Source: Candidatus Latescibacterota bacterium
GTDB taxonomy: Bacteria; Latescibacterota; UBA2968; UBA8231
Assembly (NCBI GenBank): GCA_965200315.1
Contig: OZ241362.1
Coordinates: forward strand, 3,232,001-3,296,000
DNA length: 64,000 nt
Reading direction: 5' to 3'
The position numbers were made by a program, and so were the translations under genes. Of this stretch, positions 27,298 through 36,638 are shown in pieces; within the stretch, counting starts at the first letter, position 1, and every line of letters begins with the position of its first letter. A model generated the notes under the pieces. The model made no database searches, was not told the DNA's origin, and worked only from the letters and a program-made list of their open reading frames with translations.

Positions 27298-29802
27298 TCA
27301 ACGGGGGCGCAGGATGGTGCCGCCCCGCCGAGACACGTCGAAGGAAAGCTCCCGGTCGCCAGCACGCAGCCGGAACAAATCGCCCTCTTGAGCGACCCGG
27401 GCCTTGGCCGAGCGGCTGCAAAAGGCGAGGACGAGGACATCGTCGTTCGTACCCGCCACCAGCCGCGTCGCCTCAGCGGCACCCGGGAGAAAGCTGACGA
27501 GGCTACCGGCGGCCAGTCCAGAAGGCGCAAAGGGCACCTCTTCGGCCCGCAGTTGGAGGCCCTGGCCAAACACCGGCATTACCTCTACCACACGCCGTCC
27601 AGCACCAAGACGGGCGCGACTCCTGCTCAGACCTTGCAGGTCCACCGGATTCAGCTTGTAGGCCAGCTCACCACCACCCATCTCCGGTCCCAAGCCGCTA
27701 GCCGGATCCACGGTCAGCCGCCGACGGCCCGGACAGCGGAGGTCAATAAAGGCCAAATCGCAGTCCGCGGAGACGCCGGGCGTTTGCACGGCACCGCCAA
27801 AGGCGAGGGTAGAGTGGGGCCACACATAGAAGGTGCGCGGTTCCTGCCGCGAGGCGAGTCCCTGCGAGTCGTGGCCCACCTCGCCGAAGGTGGCCGGATC
27901 GTCGATACGTTTCGCCTCGCCATCGACAGCAATCTCCATCCACGGCCTACCCGCACGTCGGTTGAAGCCACCCCACCCAATCTCGACCTCGTGCCAAACT
28001 CCAGAATCCACCCCGCTCGGTGCCCGCACCGCTACCTCGTGGCCGTTCTGGCTCTGCACGCTGAAGCACAGCTTGCCGTCCGCTGCGGCGATGAGGGCGA
28101 AGGTGTTAACTCCTGTCCCACCGGCCCCGCCGACGCCGTTTCCCGTGTTGAACAACACCCGAGGACCGTCCTCGCACCCCCGCAAGCGGAAATGCAAGCG
28201 CAGGCGGCCGCCGTTGGCGCAGAACCAAGGCCGGGCCTCGTACTGCAAGGCGTCGCCTTCGCTCAGCCGGACGATGTCATCGACGAAGCGGAGGCCGCGC
28301 GGCCGACGCCGCAGCGCCACAAGTACAACCGGGTGCTCTCCGGTCAACAGCCAGTACTCGTGCTCGGTGCGCCGGGCGGAGACGCGCAGCCGCTGCCATT
28401 GCCTCGTGTGCTCCAGACCGCCTAACACGGCGACGATCTCGTTCTGGCCACCCACGCAAGGCAGGCTGCCGCAACTCACCGGCTGGGCCTCGGCCGCACT
28501 GATCGCACGCAGCACGGGATTCCCCGCCCACTGCACGTGCAAGTTCATAAAGCCGTGGGCCACATCGCCATCGTACCCGCTGACCGAGAGGATCGCCGCA
28601 TCGGGTCCATGGCCGCTGCGCATCACGGCAGAGCGGCCGCCGCGCCCCGCAAAACGCCGCGCCAGCGGAGCCGGGTGGCGCTGCTTGGCCGCCCGGAAGT
28701 CGGGATCGTAAAAGCAGTAGGCGTAAGGCCCGTAGGAGATCATGCACTCCGCTGTTGAGCCTTTAACGCCGCCACCGAAGCGGTAGATCCGGCCTAGGCG
28801 CGGGTCGGCTATGGCGGCGTCGCGCAGCACCTCGTCGCCAGCCTCTTGGGCCAGCCTCAGGAGCGCGGGAGAGCAAGCGTTGAGTTGGGTGCCGAGCACG
28901 TTGGCGTTGGCGGGATAGTAGAGTTGGTCGGGAATTTTGCGCGGTGCGGCCCAATGGGCGCGGAACCAAGTCAGCGGCCGCCGCAGCCGGGCCGGAACCT
29001 CGCGGCCGAGATCAATGCCCGTGACATTGCGCAGCGCGTCGGCAAACTGCAGGAGCCAGAGGTTTTCCCAAGGCCAGAAGGAAGGGCCGTCCACCGGCTC
29101 GCCAGCGGGGCCGCAGCCGTGGGGAAGGATGGCGGCGCGGAAGCGCTCGAGGACCGCCTGTACCCATACCTCCGCCTTGGGGTGTTCGCCCAGCAGATGC
29201 AGAGCAGCCACTCCAAAGTGCCCGTTGTCCACGACGGCGTGGTGCCCACCTTCCTCCGAGTGGCGTTGCTCGTCCACATCCGGCCACCAGCGCTCCAACT
29301 GCCGCACGAGACAGGCGCGGGTCTGACGCTTCTCGTCAACTGGCAACTCTCCGTCCAACAGGTCGAGAGCCAAGGCAAAGGCCTGCATGTAGCGGTTGGC
29401 CGTGTAGAAGTGCTCCTCCACCCGGTCGTCGTGGTCCCAACCAGCGGCCGCCCGCAGCCAAGCGCGAGCCCGGTCGAGCCAGCACCGATCGCCGGTCAAC
29501 CGCCAAGCAAAGGCGTAGTTCTCGATCAAGGCCGTAGCCTGCATGGCCGTGTAGAAGGTCAAATAAAGCTGGTGGTACGGGTGAGGGCTGTCCGGCCGTC
29601 GCGGAATTCGCGGCCACGGCCGCTGTCCGGCATACAGATCACAGTCGGCTAGGAGGTTGGCGAGGATGCGCCGACGCACGGAATCGGCTGGCGGATCAAA
29701 GCGGAAGTGGGGATCGTCGAAGGGCCTCAGCAGCCGGGGCCGCTCGCGGCGGATGACCCGGATCGATGCCTGTTTCGGCGAGTTGGACGAATGCACAGGC
29801 AT
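27298..29802 (-). CDS. Heparinase II/III / DUF4962-like polysaccharide lyase with possible LamG-like domain
   Basis: Helical toroid-like N-terminus (AFAWRLTGD, HHAVV, GPSFW), beta-rich C-terminus (WHEVEIGW). Confidence 0.6.
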   Translation of the reverse strand: MPVHSSNSPKQASIRVIRRERPRLLRPFDDPHFRFDPPADSVRRRILANLLADCDLYAGQRPWPRIPRRPDSPHPYHQLYLTFYTAMQATALIENYAFAWRLTGDRCWLDRARAWLRAAAGWDHDDRVEEHFYTANRYMQAFALALDLLDGELPVDEKRQTRACLVRQLERWWPDVDEQRHSEEGGHHAVVDNGHFGVAALHLLGEHPKAEVWVQAVLERFRAAILPHGCGPAGEPVDGPSFWPWENLWLLQFADALRNVTGIDLGREVPARLRRPLTWFRAHWAAPRKIPDQLYYPANANVLGTQLNACSPALLRLAQEAGDEVLRDAAIADPRLGRIYRFGGGVKGSTAECMISYGPYAYCFYDPDFRAAKQRHPAPLARRFAGRGGRSAVMRSGHGPDAAILSVSGYDGDVAHGFMNLHVQWAGNPVLRAISAAEAQPVSCGSLPCVGGQNEIVAVLGGLEHTRQWQRLRVSARRTEHEYWLLTGEHPVVLVALRRRPRGLRFVDDIVRLSEGDALQYEARPWFCANGGRLRLHFRLRGCEDGPRVLFNTGNGVGGAGGTGVNTFALIAAADGKLCFSVQSQNGHEVAVRAPSGVDSGVWHEVEIGWGGFNRRAGRPWMEIAVDGEAKRIDDPATFGEVGHDSQGLASRQEPRTFYVWPHSTLAFGGAVQTPGVSADCDLAFIDLRCPGRRRLTVDPASGLGPEMGGGELAYKLNPVDLQGLSRSRARLGAGRRVVEVMPVFGQGLQLRAEEVPFAPSGLAAGSLVSFLPGAAEATRLVAGTNDDVLVLAFCSRSAKARVAQEGDLFRLRAGDRELSFDVSRRGGTILRPR

Positions 29803-30894
29803 TTAGAAGTGGTCGGGCTCCCAAAAGATGACCTCGCGGCGCGGGAACCACTCCTCAAGTTGGCGAGCTTCCCCAGCCTCCAGCGAGAGCCCACGAGCGC
29901 GGAGGACCGGTTCCAAGTCGCGGCCAGAAGACTCGCCAAACAAAAGCCGACACATCAGATCGACCGGCAGCCTACGTGCCAACGCCGCCGCTTCGGGTAC
30001 GGCCTTGGCGATCAGCGAGCCGAGGTCGAAGGGCAGAGCCATCATCGAGCTATTTCCCAAGAGCCACAAATCGGCCTCAGCGTCAGCGACTAGGGCATCG
30101 ACAAAAGGGTGGCTGTGGGGAATCCCGCCTTCGATCTGCGTCACCCCAGCCGCCGCGCACTCGTCGAGCAGGTACTGCACGAGGGCATCGAGGGCCGGGC
30201 CGCTCTCGTAGGCGACTTCATACACCTCGGCACCGTCGTCGTCGCTCTCCCAGTTGATATACCCGCTAAGCCCCGTCGAATCACGGACGACAGCGGTGGG
30301 CAGCACGCCCCGCACTCGGGAGGGGGCGTAATCCCAGTACGGACGCGGTCGCAACAGGCTGCCGCTGCGACCGGCGTTGTGGCGCTGATAGAGCGCTACC
30401 GTCTCCTCCAAGTCGCGGCGCTCGTCAAACGGCAGCACCTCAAGTGCGGACCGCCTCGGCTGCGGAGGACGGCTCAGCTTGGCGTGAAATCCCATGAGCG
30501 GCACGCAGCTCCAACCCAAGCGCCGGTAGAAGCGCGCCGGAATCATCGTAAACAGCAGACCCAGATCGTAGCCATCGTCGCGCATGTACTCGGCCGCATG
30601 TTCCATGAGCCGCGTCGCTATGCCACGACCCCGGTAGTCGGGATGTGTGGAGACGCCGCCGATGCCGCCCATGCGGACGGGTGTGGCACCGAGGTGGACC
30701 CAGCGGTCCCAGATGCGCAGCGTCGATACAATGCGGCCTTCGACGACGATGACCGGCGTCTGCGCCGGGCACCAAGTCGGATCGCCTTTCATGTAGCCTC
30801 GGTAGCGCTCGTGCCCTTCGGGGTTGTGCACAGCGCAGAGCAGGTCGATGAGTTCGTCGCGTTCCGACTCGCGGATGGGGCGAATGGTATCCAT
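29803..30894 (-). CDS. Eis-like GNAT acetyltransferase
   Basis: GGIGGVSTHPDYRGRGIA, FYRRLGW; ATG 30894 preferred. Confidence 0.88.
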   Translation of the reverse strand: MDTIRPIRESERDELIDLLCAVHNPEGHERYRGYMKGDPTWCPAQTPVIVVEGRIVSTLRIWDRWVHLGATPVRMGGIGGVSTHPDYRGRGIATRLMEHAAEYMRDDGYDLGLLFTMIPARFYRRLGWSCVPLMGFHAKLSRPPQPRRSALEVLPFDERRDLEETVALYQRHNAGRSGSLLRPRPYWDYAPSRVRGVLPTAVVRDSTGLSGYINWESDDDGAEVYEVAYESGPALDALVQYLLDECAAAGVTQIEGGIPHSHPFVDALVADAEADLWLLGNSSMMALPFDLGSLIAKAVPEAAALARRLPVDLMCRLLFGESSGRDLEPVLRARGLSLEAGEARQLEEWFPRREVIFWEPDHF

Positions 30895-30917
30895 AGTATC
30901 CCTGAGAAAATAACCGA

Positions 30918-31691
30918 TCAGTTCAGCCGCCGCAGCCGGATCATCCGCAACACCCAATAGGCTCCCAAGGCACCGAGCAGATGCTTGCAAGTATGACCGC
31001 TGATGACTCCTCCGGCCGCGTAGAGGGCTTGGTCAAACACCTCGGCGGCTTTCGCGAGCAGATAAAACAGACCGGCGATGTAGAAATCGGACCCGCGCGT
31101 GTACGGCGACGGCAGCAGGCGAACCATGAGAGGCACGAATAGAATCGGATAGGCTTGGGCGACGATGTAATAACGTAGATCGCCGGCCCCGGCCTGCTCG
31201 GTATAATGCCAGTACAACACGCTGAAAAGGCCGAAGGCAATCAGCGGCAGCAAGGTGATAATGCCAGCGCGCCGGTCCAGGCGCTCGGTGATCGCCGTAG
31301 CGAGAAACGCCATGAAGGCAATGCTCATCGGCAGGCGATCCCACAGGAGCGTTCCGTTGCTGGGGGCCAAGTGGTAGTAGGTGGAGCCGAGGCCAACCAG
31401 CGCCACCGCGAGGAAGAGGATCTGATAGGCCAGCGAATCAACTGGCCGCACAAACGCCTGCTGAGCGGGAGCCGTGACGAGTCGGAAAACAACACTGAAT
31501 CCCCACAGACCCACCAACAGAAAGGGCAGGTTGGAGATAACGTTCAGGCAATGGGGAATGCCCAACAGGGTGCGCTGATCGGCGAACTGGTGATAGGCAG
31601 GGGCTTGCGGAATGGGTGCTTGCAGGAAAATGACCGCCCAGAAGGTGATCGTCAGATAGGCGAGAATCCGGAGTCGGTAGTTGCGTTTCAT
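30918..31691 (-). CDS. Alkaline phytoceramidase-like (CREST superfamily) membrane protein
   Basis: YHQFADQR, NVISN, GSTYYH, WDRLPM, HTCKH; several TM segments. Confidence 0.8.
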   Translation of the reverse strand: MKRNYRLRILAYLTITFWAVIFLQAPIPQAPAYHQFADQRTLLGIPHCLNVISNLPFLLVGLWGFSVVFRLVTAPAQQAFVRPVDSLAYQILFLAVALVGLGSTYYHLAPSNGTLLWDRLPMSIAFMAFLATAITERLDRRAGIITLLPLIAFGLFSVLYWHYTEQAGAGDLRYYIVAQAYPILFVPLMVRLLPSPYTRGSDFYIAGLFYLLAKAAEVFDQALYAAGGVISGHTCKHLLGALGAYWVLRMIRLRRLN

Positions 31692-32044
31692 TTATATATC
31701 GCCTTGACAAAATTTCACGACATGTACGCTACAATTAAGTACATATCATAGGGCGAATCAAACGATTTTTACCTAGCGGGCTTTGGCCTGTCATCTTAAG
31801 GTGCATCCTGTGCCTGCGGTCTAGACTGCTTCTGCCAAGAGACAATCTAGACCCCATGCCTTGACCGACTCTCGGTAACGCCCTTTCTTATTTTGAAGAC
31901 GACAGAATTCAGGTCCATTATTTTTATAACTGATTGTTATATAATGAATTACATAGATTATATTTTGCAAATTTTCTATGACTTTCATCGTGATAAAGTA
32001 AGGTCCTTAAACCGATTCCATTTAACAGGAGTGTATGGCGAATT

Positions 32045-32107
32045 ATGAATGCTTGGAACAGGTTACAACGACGTGAGCAGCCTGATCCAATTGATCCGCT
32101 GGAGTAA
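32045..32107 (+). pseudogene. C-terminal stub of a DUF4160-like protein
   Basis: MNAWNRLQRREQPDPIDPLE* directly upstream of the DUF2442-like segment. Confidence 0.5.
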
Positions 32108-32113
32108 AAGCTA

Positions 32114-33667
32114 ATGGAGTCTCTACTTACAAAACATAGAGTGACTGATTTTGAAATTATTGGTCCTTATAGGTTGCGTGTCTTTTTTGAGGATGATACG
32201 TACCAAGAAATCAACTTTCGCCCGGTCTTGGTGGGATGGATGTATAGTCCATTGAAAAAGCTGTCCTTTTTCAACCAAGTCCTCCTAGCCACCCTCATCA
32301 CCATCACCATCTCCATGACCTACTCCCGAGCCGATTCTGACCGCATCCAACCCTATTCTGCCAACCCGCGCTACTGGCAGTACAAAGGCCAACCCGTGCT
32401 CCTGCTCGGCGGCAGCATCAAAGACTGCCTCTTCCAAATACCCGATCTCGAAGCTTATCTCGATCTGCTGCAATCGGTCGGCGGCAACTACGTGCGCAAC
32501 ACCATGAGCGACCGCCGCTTCTACGGCTATGAGAGCAAAGCCTTCCACCAAGCAGCCGACGGCCTGTACGATCTCAACCGCTGGAATCCGACTTATTGGC
32601 AGCGCTTTGCCGATTTTTTGCGCTGGACCGCCGAGCGCGATATCATCGTCCAAATAGAAATGTGGGATCGCTTTGACCACAGCCAACAACACTGGCAAGA
32701 AGGCCCCTTCAATCCGGCCAACAATATCAATTATACCGTCGAAGAGTCGGGCCTCGAAACGGACTATCCCGTCCATCCCGGCGGCAACAGGCAGCCTTTC
32801 TTCTACACGGTCCCCACCTTGCGCAACAACCAAGTCGTGCTGCCCTACCAACAGGCCTTTGTCGATCAAGTCCTCGAGCATTCCCTCGCCTACGATCACG
32901 TGCTCTACTGCATGGACAACGAGACCAGCGGCGACCCAGCGTGGAGTGCCTATTGGAACGGCTATATCAAGGAGCGGGCGCAGCGGGCGGGCAAGACCAT
33001 TGAAACCACTGAAATGTGGGACGAATGGGACGTGCGGGGGCAGACTCATCGCGCCACCTTCGACCACCCAGAGCACTATTCTTTCATCGACATCTCGCAG
33101 AATAGCTGGCAGCGCGAGCAGACCAATTGGGACCACGCCCAGTGGGTGTGGCAGTACATTGCCGCACAGCCCCGGCCGATCAATTCGACCAAAATCTACG
33201 GTGCCCAGACGCATCGGGACCAAAGCCTCGGCATCGACGACCGCCACGCCACCGAGTGCTTTTGGCGCAACCTCATCGGCGGCTTGGCCTCCAGCCGCTT
33301 TCACCGGCCGGATTCCGGCCTCGGGCTAAGCCCCCAAGCCCAAGCCCACATTCGCAGCGGCCGCCTGCTGGCCGAGGTTTTCGACTTTTTTAGCGCCGAG
33401 CCGGATTCCGACAGCGCCCTGCTGAGCGACCGCACGGCCAACGGGGCCTATCTCAGCCGCGTCCCCGGCCGCCAGTACGCGCTCTACTTTACCGATGGCG
33501 GCACTGTGGGTCTCGACCTGCCCGAGTCAGCAGGCACCTTCCAAGTCCAATGGCTCGACATTGCGGCCAGCACTTGGACTTCCTCCGCCGACTTGGACGG
33601 TGGCGGCGTAGTGCAACTGGCCCCTCCCCAAGACGGCCCTTGGGTCGCCTTGCTGACGAGACGTTAA
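32114..33667 (+). CDS. Chimeric ORF: DUF2442 N-terminal half fused to a DUF4038-like glycoside hydrolase with collagen-binding-like C-terminus
   Basis: aa 1-56 HRVTDFEIIGPYRLRVFFEDD...PL...FFNQV (AT-rich); then a hydrophobic stretch and NPRYWQYKGQPVLLLG, MDNE, WVALL (GC-rich). Confidence 0.7.
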   Translation: MESLLTKHRVTDFEIIGPYRLRVFFEDDTYQEINFRPVLVGWMYSPLKKLSFFNQVLLATLITITISMTYSRADSDRIQPYSANPRYWQYKGQPVLLLGGSIKDCLFQIPDLEAYLDLLQSVGGNYVRNTMSDRRFYGYESKAFHQAADGLYDLNRWNPTYWQRFADFLRWTAERDIIVQIEMWDRFDHSQQHWQEGPFNPANNINYTVEESGLETDYPVHPGGNRQPFFYTVPTLRNNQVVLPYQQAFVDQVLEHSLAYDHVLYCMDNETSGDPAWSAYWNGYIKERAQRAGKTIETTEMWDEWDVRGQTHRATFDHPEHYSFIDISQNSWQREQTNWDHAQWVWQYIAAQPRPINSTKIYGAQTHRDQSLGIDDRHATECFWRNLIGGLASSRFHRPDSGLGLSPQAQAHIRSGRLLAEVFDFFSAEPDSDSALLSDRTANGAYLSRVPGRQYALYFTDGGTVGLDLPESAGTFQVQWLDIAASTWTSSADLDGGGVVQLAPPQDGPWVALLTRR

Positions 33668-33670
33668 ACA

Positions 33671-34609
33671 ATGAACCATAGCGACCGCGTCTTCTTCGGG
33701 CAGACCGATCTACAGGTCTCGCGCTTGTGCCAAGGCACTGCCTTCCGCCACCTGCCCCGCGCCGACAGCCCCCAGTCCCTCGCCGTGCTCCACCACTGCT
33801 TGGACCAAGGAGTCAACTTCTTCGACACGGCGCAGGCCTACGGCTGGGGTGGGGCCGAGGAAGTGCTGGGGCGGGCCATCGCGGGTCGACGCGACGAGGT
33901 CGTTATCTGCACCAAGGTTCCGGCTTCCCTGGCCCCCACAAGCGACGGTGAGCCCGGCGAGAGCGTCCGCTACACCCGCGCCCATCTCACCGACCGCCTC
34001 GAAGAAAGCCTCCGTCGCCTGCGCACCGACCGCGTTGACCTCTACCTTTTGCACCACCGCGACGCGGGCACACCGCCGGCAGCCATTGCCGAGGTCATGG
34101 AGGATTTGGTGCAGGCCGGCAAGACTCGCTATTGGGGCGTTTCCAACCATCGCGCCACCGAAGTCGAAGCCTTTCTCTCCCTAGCACCTATCGCTGGCGT
34201 CGAGGACTACTACAATATCGCCGGCAGCCACTGCGACGAAGCGGGGCGTTCGCGGGTGGATATTTACGACGAGGAAATGCTGCCCCTGCTGAGGCGCACC
34301 GGACTAGGCTGCCTAGCCTTCAGCCCAATGGACACCGGCCTGTTGGTCCGGCCCAACGACCCAGCCCTCGCCTCCTTAGTCGCCGCCATCGACCAAGTTG
34401 CCGCTGGCTTGGGCACCTCCCGCGCTGCCGTCTGCGTCGCTTGGGTTTTGCATCAGGGCCTTACCTGTGTGCTCGCTGGTGCCGAGAGCACCGCGCACGT
34501 CGACGCCAATCTCCAAGGTACCCGCCTCCAGCTTCCCGCGGATGTCCTTGCCGCCCTCGACCAAGCGCGCCGGACCTACCGCGCCAGCCAACAGGAGCAA
34601 TGCACGTGA
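33671..34609 (+). CDS. Aldo/keto reductase
   Basis: FFDTAQAYG, CTK, SLRRLRTDRVDLYLLH, WGVSN. Confidence 0.92.
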   Translation: MNHSDRVFFGQTDLQVSRLCQGTAFRHLPRADSPQSLAVLHHCLDQGVNFFDTAQAYGWGGAEEVLGRAIAGRRDEVVICTKVPASLAPTSDGEPGESVRYTRAHLTDRLEESLRRLRTDRVDLYLLHHRDAGTPPAAIAEVMEDLVQAGKTRYWGVSNHRATEVEAFLSLAPIAGVEDYYNIAGSHCDEAGRSRVDIYDEEMLPLLRRTGLGCLAFSPMDTGLLVRPNDPALASLVAAIDQVAAGLGTSRAAVCVAWVLHQGLTCVLAGAESTAHVDANLQGTRLQLPADVLAALDQARRTYRASQQEQCT

Positions 34610-35487
34610 ACATAGTCGATGCCCATATCCACGTTTGGTCCTCCGACTTCGCTCGGTATCCACTGGCCCCCGGCTTTACGCCTGCCGACCTGTGGTTGCC
34701 TTCTTTTACGCCTGCCGATCATTTTGCGTATAGCCGCAAGGTCGGCAAGGTCCGCCTCAACCTAGTACAAATGACCTGGTACGGCCTCGACCACCGCTAC
34801 ATCCTCGACCTGATCGCCGAGGACCCTAACACTTATACCGGCACCGGCATCGTCTCCGCAGTCTCGGACGTGTCGCTGGCCGACCCGGGCAAGACCATGC
34901 TCGCCCTAGCCGAGGGGGGCATTCGCGCTTTCCGCGTGCGCGGCGGCAAGACCGGTCGCCCAACCGCGTTTGGCCGTTCGGACCGCTGGCTCGACTATCC
35001 GGGCTACGAATCCATGTTCCGCACCGGGGCCGAGCACAATCTGGCCCTCAGCTTCCTCATGGGACTCGCAGACCTGCCCGGCCTAGTCCGCCTCTGTCGC
35101 CGCTTCCCCGCAACCCCCGTGATTCTCGACCATATCTGCGGAGTGCGCATCCGCGACGGCGTCTGGCCCGAAGGCGATATCCGTACCCTCTGCAACATGG
35201 CCCGCTACCCGCGCGTCATGGTCAAGCTCGGCCCGTTCCAAGCCCTCGGCAACGGCGAGGCCCCCTACCTCGACCTCCTGCCCCTCATCGAGCGTATCGT
35301 CGATGCCTTTGGCCCCGAACGCGTCATGTGGGAAAGCGACAGCGGCGGCCCCGTCCGCATGAAAAATCCCGCAACGGACTTTGCCGCGGCAATCGCCCTG
35401 ATCCGCGACCACGCCGATTTCCTCAGCCAACGCGACAAGGAGCAAATCCTAGTCAAAACAGCCGAAGACTTCTTCTTCGACCGCTAG
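34606..35487 (+). CDS. Amidohydrolase_2 family protein
   Basis: VDAHIHVW, VILDH, FGPERVMWESD; GTG start overlaps upstream stop. Confidence 0.85.
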   Translation: MNIVDAHIHVWSSDFARYPLAPGFTPADLWLPSFTPADHFAYSRKVGKVRLNLVQMTWYGLDHRYILDLIAEDPNTYTGTGIVSAVSDVSLADPGKTMLALAEGGIRAFRVRGGKTGRPTAFGRSDRWLDYPGYESMFRTGAEHNLALSFLMGLADLPGLVRLCRRFPATPVILDHICGVRIRDGVWPEGDIRTLCNMARYPRVMVKLGPFQALGNGEAPYLDLLPLIERIVDAFGPERVMWESDSGGPVRMKNPATDFAAAIALIRDHADFLSQRDKEQILVKTAEDFFFDR

Positions 35488-35580
35488 GGATCAGCCGTAC
35501 GCTCCGCTTGATGGACCCTCTCCCATTCCGTACACTCCCTCGCAACTAGCCCACCCCACATCCCCAAAGGAGCCTCCATC

Positions 35581-36387
35581 GTGAAAATCGGCCTCTACGC
35601 TTCTATGTTCGGCAAAGACGATCCGCCCACTCTGCAGAGCATCGAGAGTTACATCGACCACGCCTACGATCTCCGTCTCGACTTGATCGACTTTCGCCGC
35701 GACCGCGGCTTTAGCTCCGAAGACGCCTCCTACCTCATCGAGACCAAACTCGCCTGCATCGAAAAGGGCCTTTCGATCGGCTATTTAGCTTCCGGGGGGC
35801 ACTTCGTCGGCAGCGACGAGGACCTGCGCGACAAGGTCGCCACCGCCAAGGCCGACATGGACATCGCGCTGATTTTGGGCGCGCCCATGATCCGCCTGTT
35901 CTGCGGCCAGCCCCTCACCGACCCAGCGGAGCGCGCCCGCGAAATCCGCTGCTTCCAAGCGGTGGCCGACTACGGCCTTGAAACAGGCATCGCCATCGGC
36001 TTGCAAAATCATCCCTCCACCGGCGACGACGTCATACGTATCATCGAGGAGACCGACCGGCCCAACTTCAGCTTCCTGCTCGACACCGGCCAGTGGTGCG
36101 GCTCGCCCGCCCGCAACCGAGGCATTCCCGACCCGGACCACGACATCTACGCCTACATGCAGCAGACTGCCCATCTGGCCACCCACGTCCGCGCCAAGTT
36201 CTACAAGATCGACAGCGGCAAGGAGGAGTGGATCGACTACGAGCGCATCGTCCCCATTCTCGCCGAGGCCGGATACAATGGGCCGCTCTCCGTTGTCTTT
36301 GAAGGCCAAGACATCAACGATTGCGACGACAAGGAAGTCATGCGCTTGGCGGCCGCCCAACTGCGGGATTTGGCCTCTCGGCTCTAA
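35581..36387 (+). CDS. Sugar phosphate isomerase/epimerase (xylose isomerase-like TIM barrel)
   Basis: LQNH, LLDTG, HVRAK, YNGPLSVVFE. Confidence 0.85.
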   Translation: MKIGLYASMFGKDDPPTLQSIESYIDHAYDLRLDLIDFRRDRGFSSEDASYLIETKLACIEKGLSIGYLASGGHFVGSDEDLRDKVATAKADMDIALILGAPMIRLFCGQPLTDPAERAREIRCFQAVADYGLETGIAIGLQNHPSTGDDVIRIIEETDRPNFSFLLDTGQWCGSPARNRGIPDPDHDIYAYMQQTAHLATHVRAKFYKIDSGKEEWIDYERIVPILAEAGYNGPLSVVFEGQDINDCDDKEVMRLAAAQLRDLASRL

Positions 36388-36638
36388 GAAGCCCTAACAA
36401 AACCCGCTGGGCATTACAACACCTGAGCACGGAAATGGTGGCACCGCGATATCCTACTACTGTACACGTATGAGCAGAGAGGTTGAAGCCGCCGGAGGAC
36501 ACGGTGTGCACTGCCAAGACGATTGACGGCGTCAACGGCGACCACCTCCCATTGGCGCGGACCAAGTCGTGGCTGTAATGCAAGTGTCGATAGAAAGGTA
36601 AGACAGGATTTGGGAACTTGATCGCTTGCCGCGCACCG

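Noticed and set aside
27388-29652. Long + strand ORFs (345, 292, 268 aa) opposite the lyase gene, and similar antisense ORFs throughout the window
   Set aside because: Shadow ORFs expected in high-GC DNA; no motifs and fully overlapped by better-supported genes.
31704-31735. Sigma70 promoter TTGACA...TACAAT
   Set aside because: The spacer is 20 bp, too long for a confident call.
36388-36638. Possible IS-end remnant between convergent genes
   Set aside because: No matching second IR, TSD or transposase sequence.
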